Numbered from the stretch's first letter, positions 41,089 through 55,839 are shown. The stretch: DNA of 64,000 nt from Nitrospirales bacterium (GCA_965203295.1 CBDBCZ010000016.1:416001-480000), one strand, 5' to 3'. A program made the numbers and translations. The notes: generated by a model from the letters alone, not told the origin.

Positions 41089-42210
41089 AAAAGCAAGTAC
41101 ATGTATAATATTGGTCAGTAGCTATACAGTCATGTACATGTATAGGCTTCGAACGATTCGAAGCCCCCCCCCCCCCCCCCCCCCCAAATTTTTTTTACAT
41201 ACCATGAAATGTGTCTATAATCAAATCAGATATTACATTCACTGTCCCAGTTTATATATTTGCACAAAACACTTGTGGGTTTCCATGTAATAGGTAATCA
41301 GGGCCATGAATACCATCACAACAAGACAATTATGTGTCTGGAGCATGGCTGGCTGGGTATGAGATCATAGTCTAGCTGGGCAGAGCTACGCGCATTGTTC
41401 TTTGCAATTAAACACGTGATGTCACGTACAATGACATTCCGTTTCCGGCAGTGCGCTAGCTAGCTGCAGACTTCGCTGTTGACCAAGCGATTCGAGCTGC
41501 TTGCCTGAAACTAGCCTCTACCAGGCTTCGAAAAGAACGAGAGCAAGCCATGTAAGACTAGTTTGTGTTCGCCTGTGACGTCACCAATTAGCATTCAAAC
41601 TACGTGATGTAGAAATAATTGTAAATACCATACACAAAAACGTGATAAGCGGATGACCAGACTATACTTTTCCCACGATGAAGTTAGTCTGGCCCGCGAG
41701 ACTTAACTACAGCTTAACAACTCCATTACAGCGGTCTTTCTAGAGGCCTTGCTTCCCTTTGTGCTGGTGTTTCAAACACGGTGCGGGTCCTCTCTCTTGC
41801 TGTCATTAGTTTCGAAGCTTCTGTCAGGCAGTGCTCTATATGCTGGCTGAGTGTAGGCTAAAATAATTTGTGGTCTTTATACAAGCCTTGCTTTCCATTG
41901 CATGGCAGTCTCAGAAGTACAGCGCGGGTCTTCTGCTGTTCTCGCTGACCGATGTTGTCGTTTTCGAAGCCTCTCTTCTCTCGTTCAGCTCCAGAATAAC
42001 ATACAGAGCTCCTGTACTCTCAGACAGATGCGAACTGCACACACGTGTTTGTGTACAATTTTGAGGTAATGCCGTTGAAATAGGTAATTGTGGTATATAG
42101 GACCATGCAGCCGTACGTATGTACGGACGCACAAAATCGCCATTCGCAGCACTAAGGGGAAGGGGGGCTCGCTCACGCTCGCCACAGTTTACATAGGGCT
42201 GTAGTTTATT

Positions 42211-42487
42211 TAGTCTCGTGCCCAGCCCCCCATTAGAAAAGTGGGTCTGGCTCTCCGTATATTCAAATGTGGGGCAGCAGTACGTCAGCGGTCCCAAATC
42301 TGGACCGGCAATGTGATTGGTTGATTATAGTACTACATCACTAAACGGTTGCAGTATCCGGATATCCATACTAGTGGCCACGTGGACATTATCCGTTTGG
42401 TGATGTAATATGATGTAATGCTAACCCAACTTCGAAAATACTGGGAGCCAGACCCACCTTTCTAACGTGGGGCCGGGCACGAGACTA
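42211..42487. mobile_element. 277-bp MITE (TAGTCTCGTGCCC family), 9-bp TSD TAGTTTATT
   Basis: TIR plus TSD. Related copies at 46240-46516 and ~53565-53820, with fragments at ~40170-40290 and ~45975-46170. Confidence 0.88.
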
Positions 42488-43740
42488 TAGTTTATTCAGC
42501 TACTAGATGCTGGAACCAAATTTCCCTCCAATCTCGTACCCAGTCAACAGCTTTCCCACATGCCAAACGGTGTATGAATTAAGTCAACTTTTCATGGTTG
42601 GTGTATATGTGAGTCCTATTATCAATGTACATTTGTACAGGATATTAGAAGAATAAATCAACTAATGTATCTTTTCTAATTAAGATACCCTTTCGAATGT
42701 GAAACCATTTGTTTCACCCAAAGTAGGAGGCCCTTTAGCCCTGGCAAATATTCTTGGGGAAGCAATAGAGTTTCAGCACACCAAGTAATTCACCAACCTA
42801 AGGCAGTAGTAGGTGCTTCATTCTCCATGGCTTTTCATATAGCTATAAATATATCTATGTGCCTATGCATACATACTGTATATTTAATGACAGTAATTGA
42901 TCAATATTAGTGATGTCAAAATTCTCTTCAATTAGAAGCACCCTGAGACCTCCTTGCATTCAGCTGCCATTGAAGACTAAAGTGTTTTACCACATGGAAG
43001 TGCATATGACATCAAGACTCTATCTAGATGCCATTGCTGCAAATCAAAGGACCTGCATGTACGATAAGTTATGGCCGTAGGCTACAGTCCCCTAGCGTGC
43101 CTATATTGTTTTGCAGTTGCTTGTAGTCTCCTCCGAGTTACTGCCTCCACATAGCTCAGGCCGGGATCTGTCAGCAGTACTACTGCCACTGGAAGATGCA
43201 TATCACATGTAGATGGCACCTTTCTATCTATACAGAGCAAGTACGGTGAGCGAGTTCAACAAGCATAAGTAGTTGCATGAGTGAAGCGAGCACACCTGCT
43301 GGTAATTAATGGCATGTAGAACCATACCAGACTCTCCCATTCTAGTCTCTTGCTCAGATCTTGGCTCCTCCCCCTTGCTGAAACGGTCTGGCGACCCAAG
43401 TTTCAGGTAGGCATGGCAAGGGGAAAGCCTAGGGTGTCATTTGGAAAATCGTCCAAGGGTGGATAAGGGGCTAATGATAAATACTAAGACAGAATTCCCA
43501 AGGGGGGGGGGGGGAGGGGGAGGGGAGCAAATGCCCTGCACAAGTCTCTCTGATCACCTGTCATAGGACAGCCCTTGCTATTTAAGTTTCTGTTCTACAT
43601 GTACTACAGTGGAACCCCTCTATTGTGGGGACCTGGTAAACTAGAGAGATGCCCTCACTTCAGGGGTAAGAAAATCATTGGACCTCGATAAGAGTCAAAG
43701 GTGTCCATATTTCAGGGGAGTCCTTAAAGAGGGATTCCAC

Positions 43741-43796
43741 TGTATAGCCACTAGAAAAATTCACAGTGCACTGTGAATTTTTCTAGTGGCTATACA
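43741..43796. repeat. 56-bp perfect palindrome
   Basis: tgtatagccactagaaaaattcacagtg|cactgtgaatttttctagtggctataca. Confidence 0.95.
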
Positions 43797-44651
43797 TGGC
43801 CACATCGAGACATTAGCATGCACTGTAGCAAGGTCCTAGCATTCCGCACACACTCCCTGCGCTAAAAGTCCTTGTGTTCAAACGCTGTGAGTGATAAAGC
43901 TGAAGCTCCCTCTTCCCAGGAAATCAGCAATGTTATTAGCAAGTCGGCTGCTGTAGCTATAGGATCACTATCTGCAAAATAAAATCGATATCTGCAGAGC
44001 AACAGCCAGCCATGCAGAAAGGATGGGTGCTTAGAAGCTGCAATCTGAAGTGAGTGACTGGAGAAGGCTCTGTGAGTGACTGGAGAAGGCTCTGTCACTT
44101 ACACAAGCACACGGGCTTCTGGTATCATGGGAGCTTATCCAATTATTGCCAATTCAGTATGACCTTTGAACCATAAATGATCTATTCCGTTAGCAGTTGC
44201 AATAGCTTCCTGAGAAGCCTCCAAAAACTTCTTACTATGTAAGACCTCACAGTCACACTCCAGAACTTCAGTGGAGGTGTCCCAGCTTATATAGCAGCAC
44301 TTGCTCAAAACACTTGTGGGTTTCCTTGTCCAGTTAATTATGGCACATGAATATCATTACACTACAACCGGATATCCTGACTACATAGGAGTCTTCTACC
44401 AGCCGTTATCACTGACTACATACTGCTACTTGTGGTTGAGACTGTTTCAATTATGTCCTGCCCCATCACATCAATAATATGCAAACAGTGTTTGCACATT
44501 GCTATATAATACTGAGGTGTTCTTTGTACTATAGCCTTGTTCCCAGGCCTCCCCACACAAACGAACGAAGTGTGGATGCTCTTAGTAAGCAGGAACAGCC
44601 CGAAAACCATTATCTCCGACTTGTACAGTGAAAGCTGTCATTGACTGCAGT

Positions 44652-44690
44652 GTTAGGGTTAGGGTTAGGGTTAGGGATGGATAGGGTTAA
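44652..44690 (+). repeat. Interstitial (TTAGGG)4 tract
   Basis: gttagggttagggttagggttaggg. Confidence 0.85.
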
Positions 44691-46239
44691 AGCAGGCTAG
44701 GGATTACGGAGGTTTAAAATTATGCTCAGCAGTCCTCCCTATAATGCTCGCTCCCTGCCTCCTCAAACTGTCATTTCACCTGTCGAAGGTGTGGCAGACA
44801 AGGCCATATTCCACGTGTGAAGATTACCTTTCTGGCAATTCACTATCAGACCCTGGCTATTGGGCTTCTGGATAATTCGAAGCCCACCAAAAATTTACAC
44901 AAGAGTTATGAAAGTCTGTTATTGTGTTCACTAAGTTATATACATTCACTTGCTCAAACCCTTGTGGTCATACAAACTGAGTGCAAATAGGATACATGAA
45001 TACCAATATTGTGGAGTCTGGGGCATGGATGGCTGGGTATGAGACCATGCTCTAGCTTATTATTATGAGCTAGCAGTTACATAATCTTCTCAGTTACCAT
45101 TTTGTAAGGAAAAGCTGTAATATGCAGATACAAAGATCTCCAGTCTCGCGCCCAGACCTCTGCTTGCCCACACGCCAAACAGACACCATGCATGGCATCA
45201 AACTTAATGACCCCACTGCTGGAACATACATGAGTCCTTCAATGAAACTACTCCAGGTTTGCACTACTGCATGATGTACACTGCCTCGTCCCCAGACATT
45301 TATTCCAATCCTAAAGTCTGTAGCACTAATGGATTCAGAGGTAAATGTTAGCTACCAGGAGGGTAGATTCACGACCTTCCCTTGACGTCCAAGAACTACA
45401 ACTACATGTGCCCATTTACACACAATTACCTACCATTTTGAAGCCACTAACAGCAGAAAATACAGTTCCCCCAAGACTACTGGGAATTTGGAAACTAGCG
45501 GATACTACAGCGTAATACTATCCATCCATCACTGAATTACTATCTGTTACACAAGTAGAGTTTGCATCCATACAACTCCATGTGATGGTCTCGTGCCTTA
45601 TTGCCGAGCACCTTAGCCCGAGGCAGCTAAATTAAATCCTGTATCATATCGTATCACGGCTAGCGTTTGCATGAATGTATGTCACGTTACTGCGTACTCT
45701 GCATGGCGTAGTCGGCCCTTTTGTGGCTGAGTTCACACGTGCTAAGCCAATTCCATGCGTGTTGGCTGGCCATGGACAACGACAGCGAGATGAGAGGGCT
45801 AGGCGTCTTTCTACTTTCCGCAAGAGAAAGCAAAGAGAGGCAGCCACGACAGAATCGAAAAGTGTAAAGAGACCAGAACCACGAGAGCAGGTTCGTACAC
45901 TTACTAGGTAGATGCAAACCACACCTACTGAATGCACATGTGCAAGGCCTACACTGCGCATGTCAATGTTGGAGCGCCATTACATCACCAAACGGATGTC
46001 ACAGCACAGTCTCCATGTGGCCACTTCTACGGATACTGCAACTGTGATATCCGCGGTGTAATCAACCAATCACATTGCCAGTCCAGAATCTGGAACTGGG
46101 ACCACTGACGTAGCACTGCCCCAACGTCAGGTTTTCAGGGACCAGACCCACCGTTCCAATGTAGGGCTAACCCAGCACAGATCTACTTGTAATAGATTCC
46201 ATTAGAAGCCCTCCAAAATTCTTTATTCAACAAAGAGAC

Positions 46240-46516
46240 TAGTCTCGTGCCCAGCCCCACGTTAGGAAGGTGGGTCTGGCTCCCCGCAAAATTCAAAGTT
46301 GGGGCAGCATTACGTCAGCGGTCCCAGATCTGGACCGGCAATCTGATTGGTTACTTATAGTATTACATCACTAAACGGTTGTAGTATCCGGATATCTACA
46401 CGAATGGCCACGTGGACACTTTCCGTTTGGTGATGTAATATGATGTAGCGCTAACCCAACTTTGAATACACGGGGAGCCAGACCCACTTTCTAACGTGGG
46501 GCTGGGCACGAGACTA
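46240..46516. mobile_element. 277-bp MITE (TAGTCTCGTGCCC family), 9-bp TSD CAAAGAGAC
   Basis: TSD at 46231-46239 and 46517-46525. Confidence 0.9.
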
Positions 46517-47819
46517 CAAAGAGACAAAACACTTGTGGGTTTCCTTGTCCAGAATAATTAAGGCACATGAATACAATCAAACAGGGACCCTATTCAAATT
46601 TCTTGACCTCATGGTTGAAGCATTACATGAGTCCTTCAATGAACTACTCCAGGTTTGCACTACTGCATAATGTGCACCGCCTCGTCCCCAGGCTCTCCCT
46701 CTAAAACATCATAAGACGAGGAAGAGCTTGATATCTTATCCCACAAAGTTTCGACTGCTATTGTAAGCAGGCTGGCTATTCTTCTCTTAGCTGCTGTTTA
46801 TTCCATCAGCTGAGCCACGTGTATGGATGATATCAATCATAACAACCTATATACCAAATGAAGAAATTAATCATGACAACCATAAACACATCAATGGCGA
46901 CCTAAATCTCCGTTGTCTAAGACACTCCGGGTAACCAAACCAAAAAAAAAAAAAACGGACACACTGAAGAAGTGATATATATCATATACACATGTATACA
47001 GCACATGACAATATAAAGGGTTAAATTTGTGAACACGATGGCATTATTTTATAATAGGTTTAATCAGAGACCTCCCAACAAATGCTTAGAAGGCTGAAGG
47101 AACACATTCCAAGTGACTAACACTTCCCAACTTATATTATAGCAGCACTAGCTCAAATCACTAGTGGGTTTCTTTGTCTGAAAATCACTGTAATTAGGGC
47201 ACACTAACACCATCCAACAGGGAACAGCATGGTGTCCTATCCAGCCATTCATGCCCCCAGACACAAGAGATTGGAGTGAGCCTGAGCAAGCACCACACTA
47301 GGGGGAAATTTAATGTGTTCAAAGGGGGATGCATGTGTTCAAAATAGCATCTCTGGCAGAAAAAAAAAAGCATTTTGTGATCGGTTGATGTGTAATCTTC
47401 ACAACAAGAGCACTCAAACACGCTTACTGGCAGTGAAACACTTTGACATTTGAGGACTCCATGGACCTTGCTCAAAGCACGAAAGCCGCAAATAGGAACA
47501 CTAAACAGATGCAAGAAACTGAAACAGCAGCATTAGTATTGGGCAGTAACCATTAAAAATTGTAATAATATCATGACACTTTGATAATCACAATTATTGA
47601 AGGCCTAGTCTGAAACTGGGAGGTTGGGTGATGCGACAATGCTGGGGGGGGGGGGGGAGTATGTAGTTTCCAAGCCTTGAAAGCCAGGGTTTACAGCGAT
47701 TAATAAACGAGAGCATGTCACATGTCGTTTAAAAGACCTACGTACCCTGGGAGCTCATGGTGTCTGCAGGGGTTAATCTCTGTTTTCATGATGATACTGA
47801 AATGCTGCAGCAGTATATA

Positions 47820-48415
47820 CCGTAGACTCGGGTTATCAAGCGTATGCGCTAGTTGGGACAATAGCAAAAATATATGCGCTACATAACGAAGTGCGCCACA
47901 TAACGGGAGTTAAAGGTTGACCACGCCTAGTTTTTCATGACGCCATTGCGGCAAAGTTACGGTAGCTAGCCATAAAATTGTTGCTGTTACCGGTGGCAGA
48001 TTACCAACTACCGAATGGAATCGTAGCTTATCAAACCGGTCGGCGATGTAACTCGGCAGAGAGCGGTCGGAAATGAAAATCGGCGAAGAGCGGTCTGAGA
48101 TGAGAGCGTGCTCGATCAACTTAAATGAGAATTGGTGCATGGTTGCTTCCTTTGTAGGCCTTTGACTTAGCTAGCCAGCAACTTGATGACTGGGCGGTTG
48201 CAAAGTGATCCCTAGAAAGTTTTCCTCTCACTAAGCTAGCTAGCAGTCTCCGTTCGATTTTGTGTGCAGTTGCTCGGCCCCACATTTCGTTTAATTGGAA
48301 TGTGCGCCTCTTAACGAGGTTTTGGCGGCTTTGGGCCAAGAACTAGAAGCGAGCATGCGTTAGATAGCGTATGTGCGCTACATAACGAAGTGCGCCTGCT
48401 AACCCGAGACTGCGG
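47820..48415. mobile_element. Tc1/mariner(pogo)-like MITE, TA TSD
   Basis: TA|CCGTAGACTCGGGTTA...TAACCCGAGACTGCGG|TA. Absent from paralogs at ~12930 and ~50800. Inverted sister copy at 55910-56488. Confidence 0.85.
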
Positions 48416-48607
48416 TAGTGAACTGGCTTATGAAGCCACACTTATGCAGTGTCCTTTCATCCACACACACAGCAAGTCAGCCGTGTTACTCACGTGGAAA
48501 GTCAGAGAATGCCCTCTCCAACTGTCCTTTCATCGCTGCTAACCTGTCTCAAGCGTGGGGTAGTATTTCAACCCCTGTGCAGATCATCTTGTGTCTTTGT
48601 TCTGATA

Positions 48608-49146
48608 CCATAATGCTACAATATTTTGCGTGTGAGAAACCTCTGCGATTTTTCCATTTTGCGGCTAAATCAAGTACTTTGTGATCTTAACTTTGTGATT
48701 GTGGTGGCGGCATTCCCATTCTCGGCCGATCTCGGCTGAAGTGGGTATGTACCTTACGCTTCTTGGCCTTCTGTTGGCTGGTTTGCTTCTCCAACAGCTT
48801 CACACTCTCGTTCGCTTCGCGAGTTGCCACCGCTCCAATTGCAGTGTCTATGCGACTGGGGCTCGTAGTAAAATCAAGTAAAATACTGCCGAATATTCAT
48901 CTTGAAATAGCTGCTGCTGTAGAAGTATGAGCTTTACCTGCCACCTTCGCTGCTGTTTAAGGCCATCCATTAGGCCTACTGCTGCTTCTCCTGGGACAGC
49001 TTTTGATTCGATGTTCGTTAACCACACCCACTAAAAACCACGCCCACAAATTATTGTTTAATGTTTGTGATCTTATATTTACGATGCTGAAAGGACTCGT
49101 AAAATTCGCAAAAGTAAAGTTCACGCAAAATATTGTAGCATTACGG
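48608..49146. mobile_element. Tc1/mariner-like MITE
   Basis: TIR CCATAATGCTACAATATTTTGCGTG / CACGCAAAATATTGTAGCATTACGG. The left flank is TA. Confidence 0.75.
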
Positions 49147-52100
49147 CAGTACACTATACAGGAAACCATCTACTGGCCCCACACTGACTGGATATCAGAG
49201 GCTCTGACAAGTTCATTTACTCAGTAGCTATAGGCTTCTGAATATATTCGAAGCCCCCCCAAAATTTCACATACTACTACTCAGTGGAAGAGGTGAACTT
49301 CAGGAGTTAATAGACTTTGTCCCATCTTATATACCAGCACTCGCACAAAGTACTTGTGGGTTGCTATGTCAATCGGTAATTAGAACACATGAATACCATC
49401 ACAACAGGCATGGTGGCTGAGTGAGGCCATAGTCTACAGGAAGGCAGAGCTAGCAATCACATGGGACTGTACTCTACTTCAGCTACTGGAAAACTAGTGA
49501 TATGCAGGGCATAGTGGGGCAAGCCCGTGTAATAGAGAATTAGGGCACATGAAGACAATGATATGTCTGGAGCATGGAAGCCTGGGTATGAGACCATAAT
49601 CTAGCTAGGCAGAACTAGCAATTACTATTTTATTTAGCTACTAGATTCAGGAACCTCCAGTCTCGTATGCCAAACGGTGTATGAAGTCAAATTTTGACTT
49701 TATGGTTGGGGCATACATGAGTCCTTTGAACAAAACCAGTTTGCACTACTGCATGATGTGCATCGCCTCGTCCCCAGGCTCTCCCCTTGAAACATCATAG
49801 AACGAGGGAGAGCCCGGTATATTTTCTCATGGGATAAATTTAGCAGCAGTGAACTAACTAACAAAAACACTGTCAATTGGTAGGCTGGCTATCAAGTTAC
49901 AGACAACAAGAAGTCTCACACTGCCAGGATAACACCTGTGTAACTAGACTAGTGATATGCAGGGCACAGTGGGGCGAGCCTTTGCGAAGCATGTATCGTG
50001 CCGTAGAAAATGTGATGAAAATGAGGAAAAGTGTGCATGCACAAATTCTACAGAATCTGTGCAGTGACAGACTGAGATGATTTTAAGTGAGTAATTTGAG
50101 GAATGAAGGTGTACATGAATTTTGGGGAATATTCTAGAGTGCATTCCTGTCTGTATGCTGTCCTCTCTGCTCAGAGTGATGAGGTGTGGTTGGGAAGATG
50201 TAGGGATGGTAGCTACGCGGTAAATGCACTGCGATGTGATGTGTGGGTAGTCTGCACATGCATTGCGGTGTGCATTGTCGCTTGTTTCATTGGTTTTTGG
50301 GAAGTGTTTTTTGGTGGAAGTGCTGTAATTAGGGCAAACTAACACCACACTTTGACATTTGAGGACACCACGGACCTTGCTCAAAGCATGAAAGCCGCAA
50401 ATAGGAACACTAAAGAATGCAAGAAACTGAAACAGCAAAATTAGTGTAGGGCTGTAATCCAATAAACATTGTCGTCATATCATGATACATTAAGATCAAT
50501 AATGAAGGCCTAGAACCTCTAGTCTGAAACTGGGAGGTTAGGGTGAAGAGACAGGGCTGGGGGGAGGGGGGGGGGGAAGTAGGTGGGGGAGGGGGGTATG
50601 TAGTTTCCAAGCCTTGACAGCTAGAGATTATAGTAATTGATACATGAGAGCATGTCACATTTTGACCCAAAGACCTACGTACCCTGGGAGCTCATTGTGT
50701 CTGCAGGAGTTAATCTTTATTTTCACAATGATACCGAAATGCCGGCATACTAGTCACTGCAATGATTGAACAGAGTCATTACTGCCCAACTCTACAGCAG
50801 CAGTGAACTGGCTTATGAAGCCACACTTACGCAGTGTCCCCTCATCCACACACACAGCAAGTCAGCTGTGTTACTGATACGTAAAACCCAACCATATGCA
50901 TGCCACCTCCAACTGACCTTTCATTGCTGCTGCTTATCACAAGTGTGGGGTATTATTTCAACCCCTGTGCAGATCATTTTCTGTTGGCATCTACTATCAA
51001 GTTATGGAAAGGACAATCACTGGCCCCACACTGCCCGGATATCAGAGGAATGACAAGTACAGTGTACACGTACTGGTTAGTCAGAGAGTCGGTAGACTCT
51101 CTATGTAGGGATGGCATGGACACTCCATATACGCAATATAAAATCTATGTTTCCAAATCTCTCCAAAAAATTACTTTTAAGCTTTCATAGACACCTAACC
51201 TTCATTTTCGGGGGTTTCTGCAACCAACAAGGCTCCCATAGTCGCCAAAAAGCTTCGTTGAAGTAGAAAACTGGAAGGTAGCTGAAATACCAGTTTGTTC
51301 ACGTTCTAATAATTCTGGTTTCTTAATATTATTATTATTCTTCAACAAAGCTAGCTCAAAATTGGTTCAAGTGATGGCCGTGATTGTAGCACGAAGGAAC
51401 TTCATTTTCGAGCGCGCAGGTCCACGACAACATTATTTTCATAACGATCAAACCGATTCTCGAACGTGATAATACAGTGCGCTCTGTCGAGCTGCTGCTG
51501 TCCAGTTTTACGCCATTTTATTTTTTGTACGCATGCGCGAAGATTGTCACATGACATGCACTTGGCAACCAGAGATCGTCATCGTGTGCTTTGTTTCACT
51601 GGAGTTGTTCTTTGGCAACTGGATTTGTGAACTTATTCATGCGGCTGGAATAATTATTTTCAACACTTAGAGTGCACATTTTTACCAAGGTGAGTAGCTA
51701 TTATAAGAACTTACTCGTGTCAGTATGAAGACAGCTAGCCCAACTACGTATATGCGTTAAATAGAGTATGGATGCATAGAGCTAGGCTGGCTACATCTTC
51801 ACTGGGCGAGAAAAGCCTCCGTACCTCACTCAAATAATTCTAGGCAAGGAAAGCCTGGGTATGAAGCATTCTCATGGTCTAGACTCACTTGGGGGGAGGA
51901 GTGAGGCTGAGAGCTTCCATGTCAACTACAAGACTAAAAAGTAATTACCGCAACATGAGAGTAAATGGCATTTCTTCTGCTGGATAGAAGCTCAGCTATT
52001 CACAACTAAAACCCAAACAGAAAATTGTGGTCGAGGCATTAGATGTAGTGCCATAGCAAGCTGATCGCTGCTGTGCGGTTAGTATTAGTTATAAATTCTG

Positions 52101-52632
52101 CATTCTTTACATGCGACCAGTCTGGAATAATCACATTCTTCTATGGCACAGAATGCTGTTCGTAGTGTCCAGACTCACTCCTCCCCCTGAGTGAGTCTGG
52201 CCCGTGAGATTGCTACTCTTACCTGTATTCCTAAGAAAAATTCACAAGTTGGGGTGTCCAGGATAACACACCGAAATTTACCTCTGTCTCTGAAACTTTC
52301 TGTCTGCGTTTTCAGGTACCATGAACTGCTTTTCCTTACTTGCTATCTATTGTCTTTACCTTTGGCAGTGCGGTCGGCTCGTTATGCATCTTAAGATAGA
52401 GTTCCAAATAGAGGTGGAGGTTTTTTTGGAGGAGGGAGATGCCCCTAGATCTCCTTAGAATGATGTCTGGTGTTCAAAACAAAAGCCCCTTGCCCCCCCA
52501 CCCACTAACCTGATCTATACTATGACAACCAAAATAATCTAGAAACCGAAAAATTTAAGAAGAACCTTTAGGGATGGAGTGCCTCTCATGTAACAACTTA
52601 TTTCATCAACTGGTATAATCATAACTTGTATT

Positions 52633-53292
52633 GGCGGTTACTAAAATCTGGAACGGAACGGAACTGTAGCGGAACGTTTCGTCCCGTTCCGCCTACTAAA
52701 ATGCGGAATGCCACACGCAGAATTCCCATTTTCTCGTACGTATGTAGATGCATAGATAATAGAGCATACCCTGGTATGCTTCTATTACGTGGTTTTAGCC
52801 ATTGAGCAGTACTTCATTTTGTTAGGAGTCAAGGAGGTTTTACAAAAGACTGGGTATGGCGATGCGACCAGTACCGCTACTGTACACCGGCTAGCTGCAT
52901 GGAATGGTTCGACAAGCAATGTTAAAAACATCGAGCAGAGCATATTGGATGATCCAAAATATGCCTAGTTCTGTAACAAAGCTCTAAAACCTGTAAAATA
53001 TTTTCTTAACATCTGTCGAAATACTCGTTCAGCTCTACAAAAAACGTAGCTGCCTACTAATTTAGGCCTACCTGTGCCTTTCCTGCCAAATTCTGAGAGC
53101 TAGCTTCCAAGCTACGGGCTGTGACTTCCTCGCCCGTTACAGTGTAGAGCTAGCAGCTCCATCGCGCATTCTAGTCTGGCTACGCGAGACTACGCGCATT
53201 CGTGCGTTCCGCATTTTAGTAGGCGGAACGGGACGGAACAAGACGGAAGGTTCCGCTACCGTTCCGTTCCGTTCCGGGTTTTAGTAACCGCC
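52633..53292. mobile_element. MITE with GG...CC termini and 8-bp TSD CTTGTATT (Merlin-like)
   Basis: GGCGGTTACTAAAA...(GGAAC)n / (GTTCC)n...TTTTAGTAACCGCC. TSD at 52625-52632 and 53293-53300. Confidence 0.8.
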
Positions 53293-54916
53293 CTTGTATT
53301 TAATTATTTATTACTGATTCTAACAAGCATTAAAAAAAAACACAGAAACAAGAAAATGAAAAAAATTCAAAAAAAATTAAAAAGATGTAGGGATGGAGTG
53401 CCAAAAAGCAAGAAAACAAGGGTAGGGATAGCATGAACCCAACATACACAGCCCCAGCCCAACAAGGCTCCCATAGTCGCCGTTCCGTTCCAGATTAGTA
53501 GCCTTGTTGGTTGCAGAAACCCCCGAAAATGAAGGTTAGGTGTCTATGAAAGCTTAAAAGTAACGTTAGAAGGGTGGGTCTGGCTCCCCGTATATTCATA
53601 GTTGGGGCAGCTGTATGTCAGCGGTCCCAGATCTGGACCGGCAATGTGATTGGTTGATTTATAGTACTACATCACTAAACATTTGCAGTATCCGGATATC
53701 CATGATAGTGGCCACGTGGACACTATCCGTTTGGTGATGTAATATGATGTAACGCCAACCCAACTTTGAATATACGTGGAGCCAGACCCACCTTTCTAAT
53801 GTGGGGCCGGCACGAGACTACAGTTTACTCAGCTACTAGATGCTGGAACCAAATTTCCCTCCAGTCTCGTACCCAGTCCACTGCTTTCCCACATGCCAAA
53901 CGGTGTATGAAGTCAACTTTCCATAATTGGAGCATACGTGAGCCCCCCTTCGAACAAAACCAGTTTGCACTACTGCATGATGTGCATCACCTCCTCCACA
54001 AACTCTCCCCTCTAAAACATCATAAGACGGGAGAGAGGCCAGTATCGAGATCAATTTACCAGCAGTGAATCAACTAACCAAACACTGTCTCTGGCTATAA
54101 AGTTACAGACAACCAGTAGACTCACATTGCCAGGATAACATGTAATGATACAGTAACTGAGATTGAGTTTAACAGCACTTGCTCAAAACATTTGTGGGTT
54201 TCCACGTCAGTCAGTACGAAAGGTAATTATGGAACATGAATACCATCACAATAGGCTGGGGCATGAACGGCTGGGTATGAGACCGTGCTCTAGCTTATGG
54301 TGGAGTCTAGGGCATGGGTATAAGACTTGTAGCATAATACTTTCAAATAGCATCAGCAGTGATTACGAGAACTCTCGAGTGGATGCTTGCCATTTCACGC
54401 CATTGTATGACTAGAATTGCGTGTTCGTCTATTAAATACCTTTGATAGTGCTGTCCGCTCTGGTAGTTCGTGACTGCAGAAGTTACACAAACTGCAGCTA
54501 TAAAAACAAAGACTTACTCACATGGCTGATTATAGTTTCGTGATACAAATACGGAAAAGACCCGCCCAGTCATTCATCTAATTATAAGTATATACAGGGG
54601 AAATACAAACCATGTGAATACTACGCCTTATACCAGCTGCATGACCATGTAGCTGGTATAATTTCACGCACACTCTAGACTGTATCTCTCACCAGGGCCT
54701 TTTCCAGCTGAAGGAAGAATATGACAGTGTTGCCAATCTCCTTAAAGGCCTGGAACACATCGGTCCGGAGGTCTCGGTATGTGACCACGGGGGTGAGCTG
54801 GGCCTGGTAGAAGCCCAGGATTCCCTTGGAGCCGTACTCGTAGAGGGGCAGCTTGCACTTCTGTGGCATCCCTTGAATCAGAGCCACCACATAGGGCTTG
54901 ATGGTGTTGTGGATCT

Positions 54917-54947
<31 letters not shown>

Positions 54948-55146
54948 GAGTGCACGCATGAATGGATAGAAGTGCATATATATAATTTGTGCATGTGAAT
55001 GGTATACCCCATTACCCACTAAGCCATGAAGCCTCACAGCTGCAAATTATACCAACCCCCTTTACTTTCCCTAGCTACTTCACGTTGTGTATGAAAAATT
55101 ACCAGGCTTTCCCCCTACTCGCTGTTATACATAATAGAACAAATCA

Positions 55147-55294
<148 letters not shown>

Positions 55295-55839
55295 GATCAT
55301 AGCAATGCCCTGGTAGCCAAGGAGACGAGACATGGCCCTAAAGTGCACCGGACCCACGAAATTCTCGTACAACTTCATGACGTTAGAGTATGCACCTCGA
55401 AGAGGCTTGGAACCGTACATCATGTTGACCACACTGGAACCCTTGGGGGGAGCCTCACGCTTAGACTGGTCTGCAAACGATACCTTCCCTCGAATGAACC
55501 TAGCCACCAAACTTTGCCACAGCGAGGTCTATTGCCTTCACCATGCTGCTACCCAGCCTCTGGCAGAGCAGTGAGTTCAGGTCAATGGACCGACCCAGCA
55601 GCTGTTAAAAAAGGAAATAAAGCAAGTTACAGACATCGAGCAGTGGAGTCCCACTGTGTACACGTAAGACTATACCTGTACGTGGCGTTGTTTGAGAATG
55701 GTCACATGTCGGTTGGGGTTTGGGTGGGGGAACTACAATCAGAAAATTGGGTTCTTGACATATAGAACCCACTAACAGTAGACTAGCAAAAGAAAAAAAA
55801 TAGCTACATGTACATATTCGTCCAACCTTGCTGCAATAG

